The notes: generated from the sequence alone by a model not told the origin. 64,000 bases of DNA from Catajapyx aquilonaris (GCA_000934665.2 KZ538298.1:1-64000); one strand, 5' to 3'; positions 25,459 to 37,403 are shown, numbered from the stretch's first letter. Numbers and translations are program-made.

Positions 25459-26450
25459 CTTTGGATTATTGGCAAGTGGGGGGAGGAGGAGCGAGTGGGT
25501 GGGAGCGATGGGAGCGGGGAGGACTACCGTATACTCACAGCTACCGTACACTGGGAGCTAACGATGGGTTTTTTGTGGAAACGCTGTCGTGGTCCGGGTT
25601 GTGTCAAGGACGACAGGTCTGTCCACATTTTTTTTAAAATGGAGGGGGACGGACATATAAGCCATGTGGCAGTAACAAAAAACCTTCTCCAAAAAGAGGG
25701 GTGAGTCAAGCCATGCCCTGTCAGTTGAAATCCGAAGGTGAATCTCCCCGCTCAATATGAGCATTGTCAAGTGGTCAAATTGCACGTTGTCGTGCATGCC
25801 GTGCATGCCGTGCATGCCTCACAAATAAAGGAAGTGAAGATACGGTCGTCTGCCGCGAATTCGAATCGATCGGATAGGCAGCAAGGTTTGCTGGATCCCC
25901 AACACCCCCCGGCGGCACAAGCGCAGGGAGGGCGCGGCACCGGGAACCAGACAGAGACTGACCAGCTGCAGACCACTCGCACCAGGACATACCACTGGCC
26001 AGCGGTACATGCACAAGTCAGGACGGCTGCGTCAAGCAGGTATATTGGGATTGACCGGGGCGGAGTTCGGATGTCAAGCTCGTTTGATTTGGTGCATGCT
26101 GAGGAATTGGGGTCATGCATCCCACGGGTATTGATTGATCGGGTATTTACAGACATTGCATGGAAGAGGTTCATTTAACTGGGTTCATGATGTCAGGGTG
26201 ACGTCATGATGACCACACGGTTCGAATGTAAACATGTGGCTGCAGGAGCTATCAAAAAAATCTGCTCTGCCACTTGGCGTAATTTGCATTCAGCAGGCTA
26301 CGACGCTACGTGTACAGTACACGCGGTGTATACTCAGTGGGAATAGTAAGAAATATAAGTAGAATATTAAAACTTTAAATGGAAATTATGACGACACAGC
26401 AAATATGTGTGTAATATTGACACATTGTCTTATTCACTTTGTACTTTCAG
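25459..26450. promoter_or_regulatory. Divergent BUD13/FRMD8 promoter with probable FRMD8 non-coding first exon
   Basis: Head-to-head genes ~1 kb apart; CpG-rich; YY1 motif CAAAGATGGCGGC over the BUD13 ATG; acceptor TTTCAG at 26450 just before the FRMD8 ATG. Confidence 0.6.
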
Positions 26451-26462
26451 TCCAGATGAGCA

Positions 26463-29400
26463 ATGTCGTCAAGTCTCTCCAGTGATGGCACGGGTTCAGA
26501 TATGTCATCCCAGGCAGATGCCAGTGGGCAGAACTACATCACGGTTATACCTGTGGAGTACCCTCGACGTGTGTATGGGCAGCCAGCAGACTTCTCTGTG
26601 GAGCAGTACCGGGAGTATCTTCGGGAGAGGGCAAGAGAGGAATACATGAGGGGAGACTATAACATAAACAGTGGGCCACACTTCAACGATCATGGCCCAC
26701 TGTACACAGTTTCACAGAGATTTGAACGGGAGCAGTTTGAACGCAACAGGGAGGCTTACATGGCTGCAGCTGTTGCTGCGGGTGATGCATATGACAGAGG
26801 AATGCAGCACCAACACATGCAGCCCACAGACTCAAGGTGCAACTCAGACAGCAGTGGATCTCACAAGGAGGAACTGACAGTAGTGCATCATAAAGGAAGG
26901 AAATCACGCAGTAAGATTTTAAAATACAAGTATTACTCATCATTCACAATGCCATGGAGTTTATGACAAATAATTACTATAATGTCCTTTTCCAGTGGTA
27001 CATGTGTGTATTTTTCTGATGTCACCTGTGGCTGTACACTTGGAGCTGGAGAATGGTTCACATGCAACGGTACAAGAACTAATGCAGCACATTCTAGTGG
27101 AGCCAGAAATTAGTCTGCCACCAAATGCTGCTAACATATTTACACTCTGGATGTATTCTCCCTTATTAGGTGCGTACTTTCAGAGTGACTCCTGGAGTTT
27201 CTCTAATAATGTGTTTTTTTGCAGAGTTGCAGCTGAAGCCCCATCACAAACCTCTGCAAGTCCGCAAGGAGTGGCCATACTTCCTTGCCCGATTTACCAA
27301 GATGAATGAGCAGAATAGGGTCATGGACGAACCCATCCTGTCCTTGCAACGAAATGTGTTCTTCAGCAAGAAGGACGAGCTCAAAATAAAGTACAATTGT
27401 TGATTTATTGCCTTGTACCTACTACTCACATATAGCATCGCATAATAAGTACATTTTAACTTTCCTCTTTCAAGTGACCTGAAAGTCCTTGAGCTCCTGT
27501 ATGAAGAAGCCAAATTCAACGTACTAGGTGGGAGGTACCCATGTGAGCAAACGGATTACATAATGCTTGGCAGCATCCAGGCTCGTCTGGAACTGGGCCC
27601 CTACAACCCGCAGGTGCACACGGCAGACTTCTTCAAGGAACATGCACACCGCTTCCTACCCCGTCATGTGTGCAGACCAAATGTACTGCCCTTCACATGG
27701 CTCAGAATGACCAGTAAAACCAGCCCAGAAGTACGGCTTCTGGAGCAGTTCCACCGGATACCTAGCAGCACTGCCTATAGGAAACTCATTAAGAGATATC
27801 TTGAATTCTGTTGGGCCCTGCCTTTCTATGGGTAAGGTAGTATACAAATAAAATCATAATACACAATTCATTTCTTGGAATTGTTGTAACTATACCATGC
27901 AGTTCAAAATTTAGCTCATATTCATGTTGGTAGAAATTGTGGGCTTTGCTGCATCAAAGTTGTAAGTTGTACCCACTTTTGAAATGTTTCTGTCATTGCA
28001 CTGGAAATAATTAACAGAGTGGATGCCGGGTATGTCTGAATGCGGAATTTGCTTTTCAGGGCAGCATTTTTCTGGGGTCAGGTGGAGAGGCCTGTCAAAG
28101 GATTATCCACTCTCTTCAACCATAAAGATTTGATTGTGTTAGTCGCTATCAACGAGCAAGGCATTTATCTCATCAATACCGAACGAAGTGTAAGTTTGTC
28201 AATGGCATAGAAGTGAAAGTTCTTGCCTGATATTTGACTTGTTTGCACACCAAAATATAATTTTTTTTCCTTCTGCAGGACTTGTTGTTAGGTCTCAAAT
28301 ATGATGAATTGTCCTGGGACTTTGCCAAGCCATCCCAGGAGATCAACTCTGACTGCCTCCCATGTCTGTTTCTCCAGTTTGTCACCAATGAGTATGGGAG
28401 AAAAGTATCCAAGATTGTCCAGGTCTTCTCCAGGCAAGCGGCAATGATGGATGCACTGATCTCCTCCTTTGTGGATGACCTCAAGCAAGTGGAGAACGCA
28501 AGCTATGCCCCAAGCAGTGCAGCTGACAATGGAGGCAACAGCAGCACAAATGAGGGGCAGATGTGTGATGCCTCCACAGAGATGGATGAGGTGCTGTTGT
28601 CCCTCAGTACTGTTACCAGGAGGGAAGCACCAGCTGATTCCTGCCTCAGCAACAAGCTGGACCGGCTCACTCTGGCAACCTTTGATGAAGACGGTACGAG
28701 GTTATATGGGCTTTGGAAATAATATGCTGTGAGGTGAAACATTTCTGCTGCTTTTGTTGTCAGTTCGAAACAGGCAGACCACTGTGAACTTCTGAATATA
28801 GCCAACTGCCATTTAGTCATAATGAAGGTTCACATTGCTTCATGGTGTGATAGGGGCCAGTTCTGCTGATTGGATCAGAGAATTTTGTACTTTCACATCA
28901 TGCCCAAGTTGGGTGTGCCTGTCCATTAGAACTGACAGTGCAAACAGTTTTTACCCACCCCATACACCAGGTGTCAAACGAAAGATTGTTAATTAATTAT
29001 TGTGCCTATGCTAGTATGCCTAGACCTCATTTACTGAGGCAAGACAATGGTTTTTGATAGATATACCTCAGAGACACCTGGTATATGCAGAGTGAGTTAG
29101 AAGTTTTCGCCACCCAGTTATTCATAATTATTGTACAGTACTTTGTTAGCATACTCTGCTGCATTTTTTTTTTGTTGAAACCATAACATAATTTGAGAAC
29201 ATCAGTCTATGCAACATCAGCAATAATAATTGTAGTAGCATTAATGAGTAACAGGTTGGCAAAACTTTGATTCACAGAACGTTGTACACAATATTAAATA
29301 ATAAATGTGTAATAAATAGAACAAGAAATTAATATTGATTCATAATTTTCTGCCTGCCAATTAAATCTTAGTCATACTTTCAAACTTGAGCTACAAGATT

Positions 29401-29782
29401 TACATTTAGTTCAATTACAAATCTGCAATGTATTAAGCAGTAGTAAGAGGTATACTTTATTGTTTATAAGCTTGTGACATGAATATTATTCTAAGGTTCA
29501 ATACATTATTTTGTATGTCAAATCTGTAATGGAAATTCCCATACTCTGCCAAGTCAACTGGCATCCACCCAGGGTGCCAGAACTCAGTCGAGTATGACAA
29601 TTGCCACAGTCCTGGCAATGTGGGTTTAGCTTTGATGCATTACAAAACTAATAACTACTAAAAGGCATGATTATTGGCAGGCAATTATGATTCATGTTGT
29701 GTAATCCTTCACCTCATAATTTCCATTTCCTGTCGCAGGTACATGCATCGGACAAATGGGTTCGTGGGCCTTCAGCCATTAA
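26463..29782 (+). CDS. FRMD8: FERM domain-containing protein 8 (iTAP/Bili-like), 7 coding exons, about 577 aa
   Basis: Exons 26463-26910, 26996-27169, 27225-27390, 27475-27831, 28060-28189, 28279-28693, 29739-29782, all in frame. FERM motifs LWMYSPLLELQLKPHHKP, DEPILSLQRNVFF, LLYEEAKFNVLGGRYPC, LPFYGAAFF, LLGLKYDELSW, VFSRQAAMM. Confidence 0.92.
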
Positions 29783-29898
29783 AAAGCCATGCCATCACCT
29801 TTATACGGTTTTAGTACAAAACTGCATTTGTATATACAGTACTTTATTTCCTTGAAAGAGCAATCATTAAAAAATAACTCGGTGCCACCAAACCAAGC

Positions 29899-31165
29899 TC
29901 ATGCCTTGAACCCTTTAAAGACGGCAGGAACTTGGAACCAAGTCATACTGGATCCAGGCTTGGACTCAGTCTTGAAAGGTGTGCTTTGCAATATGTCAGG
30001 TGAGTGGTCACTCAAGAGTTCATCAATTGACATGCAGAGGTCATCCATGTTGTCCTCACTCAGAACATCTTCACAAAAGTGATGGGCAGGGTGTGTGACA
30101 GGCGTGCATAGTGACATGTCGCTCTCAAACTGCGTTCGATTGGCTGGAGTTTGAAAAAAGTGTCCAACGTCTAGCCTCCGCCTCTTACCAAGAATGGGTG
30201 TGACGTCAGGAAATGGGGCTAGGCTTGTCCTAGTTTGTTGGCGTTCGTGTGCCACATTGAAGTGCACATGCTGTCCCCGTGTTGCTGGGATGTCATAGTC
30301 AGGTTTGGGAATAAATTTATCACTGCAATGGCCACCTTGGATGTAGACACGGAGATTCGTGAGACCAACATTGGGCTTCATCACATTTTGAAGCTGGTCT
30401 GCCATCACTAAGTTACTGTGAACAGAAGAAAAAGATGAGAGAACGCTCACATACTGACAGTTCAATGGATGAAAACGTACCGGAAAGTATGGAAGAGAAC
30501 TCTTTTGAGGGGAAGACCATCTGATTCTTCTATTTCAGGCAGTGTTTCAGGGATGTTCATGTGATATACTTCTTTCGGATTCATGGGGGTTGGACCGAGG
30601 ACAATGGCCACTCGCGTTATGGTAGGAGCCATTGGGTGATTGAATGCGTCTTCAATTGGCTGCAAATAAGCAGTGTCAGTCAGTACGGGAGAAGCAAATA
30701 TACACTTCCTGCAAACCATACTTGCAAAACACTTTGTAACAGCTGAATGGCCTTTTCCGCCTTCTTGACATATCGGAGATGCTTCCTTGTATCTTGTTGG
30801 CGAACTCGCTCCTCCTTTAGTCTCTGCCTCTGTGAATTAGTAGTTCGTAATATTCTGCTCTGAAGGTAGAATGGCAGTGCATGTTGCAATATATCTGAAC
30901 TTACCACAGCTTTGATGTGTGCCTTAATCTCCTTCTCTGATCCTTCAAGAGACTCAGGATCAGTGCTGGGTCCCTGCAGGCAGTCCCCTCCTCGGTTAGC
31001 ACTCTCCACAATCTTCTGCAGCAGCTCAAACTGGCAAGGGATCTGGGCCCTCTGGTACGCCACGTACTTGACCACCCCACACACAAGCTTCCCCAGGGTG
31101 CGACGAGGCACGCACGACTCGAAGTGTAGGTCGACCACAACTGGATCCTTATTGCGGCCCACCAT
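29899..31165 (-). CDS. MAD2L1BP: MAD2L1-binding protein (p31comet), 4 exons, about 364 aa
   Basis: Exons 31165-30905, 30859-30722, 30659-30481, 30415-29899. Motifs VKYVAYQRAQIP, IVLGPTPMNPKEVY and C-terminal WFQVPAVFKGF match p31comet HORMA features. Confidence 0.85.
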
Positions 31166-31742
31166 TCCTGAACTTTTTCTCAGTCCTCTTTCTGAATGTC
31201 CAATGCATCAACTGCCGAGGTCTGGTGGGAACTAGAAATTGTACTGTACGTACTATTTCGGCCTAAATCGTCCCTGAAATTGCAACAGAACCACTTGCTA
31301 CCCCTCAGATGTAATCAGATAATTTGAATCGAACCGTTGAACGCCGCCATCTTTGTTTTATAACTAGTTAAATTTATTAGCTATTCGTAGCCAGTGTCGT
31401 GAGTATTATATATTTTACACGCCTAAAGTTGAGGCACATTGTGCAGTGCTAATGGCATACAAGAACCACTATGAAATGTCCATTCCATAGTGCAAATAAT
31501 TGAGAGATTCGTAATACTTCGTAATAAAAGGGGGAAAAATATTAGTTGGATAGCACTGATAGCTGCTAGTGAGTAGGTGGCGGTACAAGGTGCGGCAAAA
31601 GCAAGGCAAAAGGCGCATAATATTGCAAATCTGTGGAATATTAACGTGTTATAATTTCCAACCCTCACACCGGTACTGACCTGGACAGTTGAGGTTAAAA
31701 CTGTGGTATAAAATTCCCCGGTAAGTATCTTATCTGGCAAAG
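31166..31742. promoter_or_regulatory. Divergent MAD2L1BP/MACROD promoter
   Basis: Head-to-head genes; outward-facing identical YY1 motifs CAAAGATGGCG at 31355-31345 (-) and 31738-31748 (+). Confidence 0.65.
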
Positions 31743-31862
31743 ATGGCGCTGCCCAAGTGCCTGGTGGCTGGTGTCAGGCAGAAACTGCTTTTGAAGAACG
31801 TCAGTCCTTTTCCTGCTTTGACCTCTTGCCCCTTGGTGTTGACACCACTTGGGACGTAATAT

Positions 31863-33709
31863 ATGAGCTTATTCCGCTGGCTCCTGGGTGTCCTGGGCAG
31901 ACTGTTGCCTCTGTGGGTGCGTCGCCTTGCCGGACGACTGACTGGCCTCTTCTTGCAGGTACTCAGAGACGGTGTGGATCGATTCCTTGTCTGGGCAGCA
32001 GCCCCACCTGGCACCAGAAGCATGACCACTTGGGAAGAGGCTAAAGGTACATTATTACCTACACAGCTTAGCCATCCAGTCACACTACACCAGGACAAAG
32101 TCTTCCGACGCAGATTGTTGACATCAGGCAGTGTTGTAATCTGTGCCTCTTGATGGTTTTCTTTTTACAGAGCGGTACCTGACAATGCCTATTGAGCAGA
32201 AGAGGAAGGAGTACAAGTGTGGAGATTCATTTACCAAACTGAGTGACATCCCGACATGGAGTCGTCAGATGGGCTCGAAAGAGGGTGTACCAGGTAAACA
32301 TGGGAACTATGCAGTACAGCCTGTCCTCCATATTTGTGGGTTCCACAACCATGGATGCCACCAATCTCAGATCACAAATATGTGAAATCGTACAATTCCA
32401 GAAAATTCCAAGCTCTACAATATGTAAAAACTATTTACAGACAGAGCGTTTGTGTGTTTCAGGTATTATTAGTATTGTAATAGACAAAATAGAGAGATGA
32501 CTTAAGGTGTACAGGAAGATGCGCCTAAATTATGTATGTGCATACACTATGTCATTTTATGTCAGGATTTTGGTATCCGTTGCGGGCCCTAAAACCAATT
32601 CCCCATGGATATGGAGGGCCCAGTGTACCCAGAATTCTTATGTAATGCAACATTAGCTAACCTACCCGTCATGAGTGAATTACAGTACATGTCATATTGA
32701 CAAGAGTGTGTTTTGTCAATTAAACGAGCACTACATTGTTGTAAATAAATATTGGTGCCATATGAGAGAAAGGGTAAATCCAAAACCATTATAAAACTAA
32801 TCTACATCTTCTCTTACATTTTATAGCCGTAAGTGACAAGGTGAAGAGTCTCCTCTCTGGCATGCACTTTGAGTGTGATCCAGAGTTGAATAACAAGGTG
32901 TCCTTATGGAAGGGCAGTGTGACAGAGCTAGAAATTGATGTCGTTGTCAATGCAGCCAATAGCTCCCTAATGGGTGGAGGTGGAGGTCAGTGTGGGTTTA
33001 AAATTTAGTAGTACGAGTATGTTTGGGTATGACCTTATATTCTTTTCTTGCAGTTGATGGGGCAGTTCACTCAGCTGCTGGGTCCTTTTTGAGAGAAGAA
33101 AACAGAACGTTCCATGGTTGTGATGTTGGTGATGTAAGGATATCAGGAGCGTACAAGCTGCCATGCAAGTGTGAGTATGTGATAATTGAGATATTATTGT
33201 TTTGTGACGTCTGACCTGGATTTGAATTTCGGCAGACCTAATACATACTGTAGGTCCTCAGACAGAAAACACAGACAAGCTGCAGTCATGTTATGCAAAG
33301 AGTCTGTCCTTGGCACACAAGAATAATCTTAGGAGTGTTGTGAGTATCCAAGTGCTTTGAGTGAATGGAATAACTATAAATAATTTGCTATTCACTTGCA
33401 GGCATTTCCATGTATAGCAACAGGTGTTTATGGTAAGTAATATCTTTAAATATTGACTTGAATTGTTACATAATGTGTGCTTCTGAATAGGTTTTCCAAA
33501 TGACAAAGCAGCAAAAACTGCTCTTTGGACAGTGAGGAAATTTTTGGAAACAAAGCAGGATCAGGTAAATTTTCTGCCCTGACTTCATGTTGTTTGCAAA
33601 TCTTGATTTTCCTGCATTACAGATGGACCGGATAATCTTCTGTGTGTTTTTGCCTGTAGATGAGAAGGTGTATCAAGAAATGATGCAGATATTTTTCCCA
33701 CTCCGCTGA
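31863..33709 (+). CDS. MACROD: MACROD1/2-type macrodomain ADP-ribose glycohydrolase, about 292 aa (start uncertain)
   Basis: Exons 31863-32046, 32171-32293, 32827-32985, 33054-33170, 33236-33339, 33402-33432, 33491-33564, 33623-33709. Motifs [63 protein letters not shown]. Confidence 0.92.
32317..32625. mobile_element. Tigger/pogo-type MITE resembling mammalian MER2/MER2B
   Basis: TA on both flanks; imperfect TIRs CAGCCTGTCCTCCATAT / ATATGGAGGGCCCAGTG; internal blocks recall MER2 (from memory). Confidence 0.7.
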
Positions 33710-35565
33710 AGGTGGGATTATTACAGAAATGAAACTGACATTGTTATGTTTTTTGAATATAAAGGGTACTCTCAAAATTTATGGAATTGCAACTCGTTTT
33801 TTTAACTGCTAAATTTTGATATGGATAAAAATAGTTATTGATGGCGTCTTTATGGTCTAAAATTATAAAGAATATTTTACCCCCACTCATTTTGTTATAT
33901 ACAGAAATAAAGATTGCTTTACTAACTGAATTACACATGAGTTAGGTTAAGGTTGCTGCACTTGCAGGAATTTTCTGTGTAGTCAGTGTGGCCTGTGGAA
34001 CTTGCTTGCGTTGCTTGCTTGTATGACCCTGTCCCTAATTTCCCCTCAGGGTTGACGTAGGCAAAAGTGATCAAGCCCATTTTTACCAGAGCTCGTTATG
34101 TGGTAGTCATGCTGTAGTCATGCTTTGCAGGTTTTTAGGTGGAGTGTGTCCTTCCAGTTTGGTTCCCAAATCTGGAAAATTGTCTGTGCTAAGACTAGAC
34201 AAAATAATAATTGCAGGATGAAAGTCCCTGGGGTCTTTCCGTGGAGGATTGGAGCTAATGCCAGCATTTGAGTTAGATTTGGCAAGTATCACTTCTGGCC
34301 ACACATATCTGAATATAGTACCTGATAATATGGATTCTAACTAGAATTTGCCCCATTTAACCGCCATACCACATCCCCTCCCTCCTGAGGGTAAGGGGAA
34401 GGGTCTAATCCTCCCTTTAAATTGACCCCATCCCAATCTCACACAGATAATGTCTCCTGTGTTGCAGCAAATTGCATATCAGCATTCATTACCTTCAGAC
34501 ATTCACTTGCAGAAGTAATGTTGTTCACTTTAAATTAGATTAGAGGATAATGATACCTAATTCCGAGGGAATATAGTGGTTCCTAGGAATTACCACTCCA
34601 GTTGTGTGATAATAAAGAGTAGCAGTTCTTATGCATACCGGTGCAGTGGTTTTCCTAATTTCCCTTGTCCTTTTGCTTTCTAAAATGTTTGGTGAAGGTT
34701 TCAGCAAACGCTGCAATATAAACAACAAGAAGTCAACAACATCACAACATTTCCCTATGAGGGGTAGTCAGCGATGAAGTCAGCTCATGAGTTTTATTAG
34801 TTCATATGTTGGGTGAGCTTGCGTCTCCCTTCATCGCTGCAATATCATTTTTATAAATACCAAATAACAACCTGATGATTTCGTCCATTTCTGTTTACAC
34901 TGCGTCTTGCACTGCGTAGATATGTGAGCGCCTTATGGGAAGTACGACGACTATGCAACCGACATAATGACAAAATCACTATGCTCAGCAAAGATATTTG
35001 GAACATTGGCTGATTTATTTGTACATTAGTTGTATACAATGAGTTGTTATCCTGGCTATGTACTGTATTGAACAGCTACCAGCAATGAGACATTACATTC
35101 GATTGACTTTAACTTGCGCTGATGGTTGTATAGCACTAGGATACATCTGGCCAAGGTACCAACCCACCTAAAAATGTAAGTCTTAAATCATAAGTACCCT
35201 TCCTATAAGCACACTGCCCTAATTATGCAATGAGTTACCCACCCAACAAGATACGCCCTTACCAAATACCATTTCTTCGAGCAAGCCATAAGCAGATTTG
35301 AGATTATGACATCAAGCTAACGAGATCAAGTCCCAAATTTAATCCGATTTGTGGGACTTTAATTAGGATTTAAATATCAATTTAATCAAAAAAAAATGCA
35401 TGCCCCTGAAGCGAATCCAAGTTTTCTCATCGGGAGATCCCTAATGAAAATTGTGATTACGGAACAGCGGCGGCGATGGGAATCAAATGGATTCTTTGGG
35501 CGTGAAAACGCGCATGTGGAGTACTCTGGATCGATCTAGAGATGCAGCCTTTTGGATAGGCCGCC

Positions 35566-37403
35566 ATGGAACTGGGAGGACATGTCTTTCTTCTCTGCTT
35601 AGGTAATTTCGACGAATTGTGCAGGTCGGGGGCTTGTGACATACACTTATTTTTTGTTTACAGCGGTGGTGGTGTCTACTGCAGAGCCAGGACCTACTGA
35701 AGCCACGTCTGCAGGAGCCGAGTATGAACAGTACACCACTGAACAAGTAATTACTGTGTTCACTAGTATATTACGCGTACATACGAACTGACATTTTGTA
35801 ATTTGTAGGACACGACAACGAGCACGGAAATTCCATTCTCGGTGGCAGCCTTGGCCTTAGATGGAGATGACAACGATATTGTGGACTCAACCACTACTGG
35901 TATGGCTGGATAATCAGGTCATCCAATCTGATTTGACATTTCGTTTATGTCGTTGCAGATGCGACTATGGTCAAACCGCTGCCAGAGTTCATCTTCTATG
36001 ATAGCTACACCAATGCTCCGTGCATTTTAGCCAAACTTAATGTCACTTTAACCATCAACTATCCTACACAGGATCGGGGACAGCAGGTTGCTATTGCACT
36101 AATAAACGTTTACGCCAAATGTATCCTGACGCTATGCAACCGCCTTGGCAGAGTGCTGACGGTTGCATAACGCCAGGATAAGTTCGGCCAATTTTTTGTA
36201 CAGTTAGTAAATTCTATCCGATTTATACCAATTTATCATCAGGAAATCTCGATTCAACTGCCTCAAGATGCCAAAGTGGATGGAGATTGCGGCCGAGGAG
36301 AAGACTCGTCCCTGACCCTGGAATGGGGGTCATTCCGGTTCATCATGGGTTTCCGTAAGGTAGGCCAAGCTCGCAAAAATGTTTCTGTGCGCCAGGTGGC
36401 TAATCCCTGAACAATTTCTACAGAAAAGGTTCAGCAAATATGAAGTGAGAACTCTGCCCGTATGTATACCGAGAAGGTTTATTGACTGCTTTCGGGTTTA
36501 TGGGCTACATAAAAAGCTCTTTGCACATGACCTCACTGCGCTTGACTTATAGTTCGGCAAAGCCAAAATGCACCAGTAAATATCAGGATCTCCGTAGCTA
36601 TGCTTGAGGTGTCCTGAGGAACTGTCTGCTCTCTACAGATACAGTAAGCACGAACGGTGCATTTTGATCACTGCACATGTCGCACTTGCTTCTTACCGTC
36701 ATGAGCAAGAACTAGGAATATATTGTTGTGTGTCTATTTCCTGCTCATGTGGGTACACCACGTGTGAAATTCACCATTGCGATTGTCATACACGAATTCG
36801 GGTGAAACAACTCACATATATCGAAAATGATGTATGAACACCTTTCCAGTCCCCTGTTGGTGATGCCTGGTACGTGGATGTCCTGAACCTTCGTTTCCTG
36901 CCAACTACAGACGTATTTGGACCAGGAGCTGCTGCAGGTTAGATCCACAATTGACATTACAAAAACTGGAGTTAACACTCAATTATTGAACAGCTGGTGC
37001 TCAAGAACTGTGGAGCGGCGATTCACTGACGTTGTTCCTGACTCCTTCTGGAAGATCGTTCCGTTGCAGTGCGGTCAAAGAAGTGGATCTGCTTGACCAA
37101 GCCGAAAACCAGAGAGGCACAATAAGGTTCCAGGGTGTGCTTATACAACCATTTGCCATCTTGACATCAGGAGACTATGGCCCAGGTGAGTACCTCATTA
37201 CATTTGTCGAATCGAAAATTTGAAGACATTTTTTTGCAGACTTTCCATGCCTGGAAGATGCGGGGAGTCGTCGTCTGAGAGACGAAACAGTACCAGTGGC
37301 AGTCGGTAGTACCCTGGCAGTCGTCGTACTTGCTACAGTCACCGGATATGGAATCCTTCGTTACATGAAAGTGAAGAAGATCGAGTACGATACCATGGAG
37401 TAA
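35566..37403 (+). CDS. LAMP family membrane glycoprotein (LAMP5/UNC-46-like), 8 exons, about 299 aa
   Basis: Kozak GCCGCCATGG. Exons 35566-35602, 35664-35746, 35809-35899, 35959-36086, 36243-36359, 36850-36937, 36994-37185, 37240-37403. Signal peptide, T/E-rich stalk, one 4-Cys LAMP domain (FLTPSGRSFRC, IQPF), TM helix, tail KKIEYDTME with YxxPhi motif. Confidence 0.88.

Noticed and set aside
27391..27474. Weak FRMD8 donor GTACAA as a possible U12 intron
   Set aside because: Lacks the GTATCCTT 5' consensus; an ordinary weak U2 intron.
28694..29738. snoRNA in the long last FRMD8 intron
   Set aside because: No convincing C/D boxes with a terminal stem.
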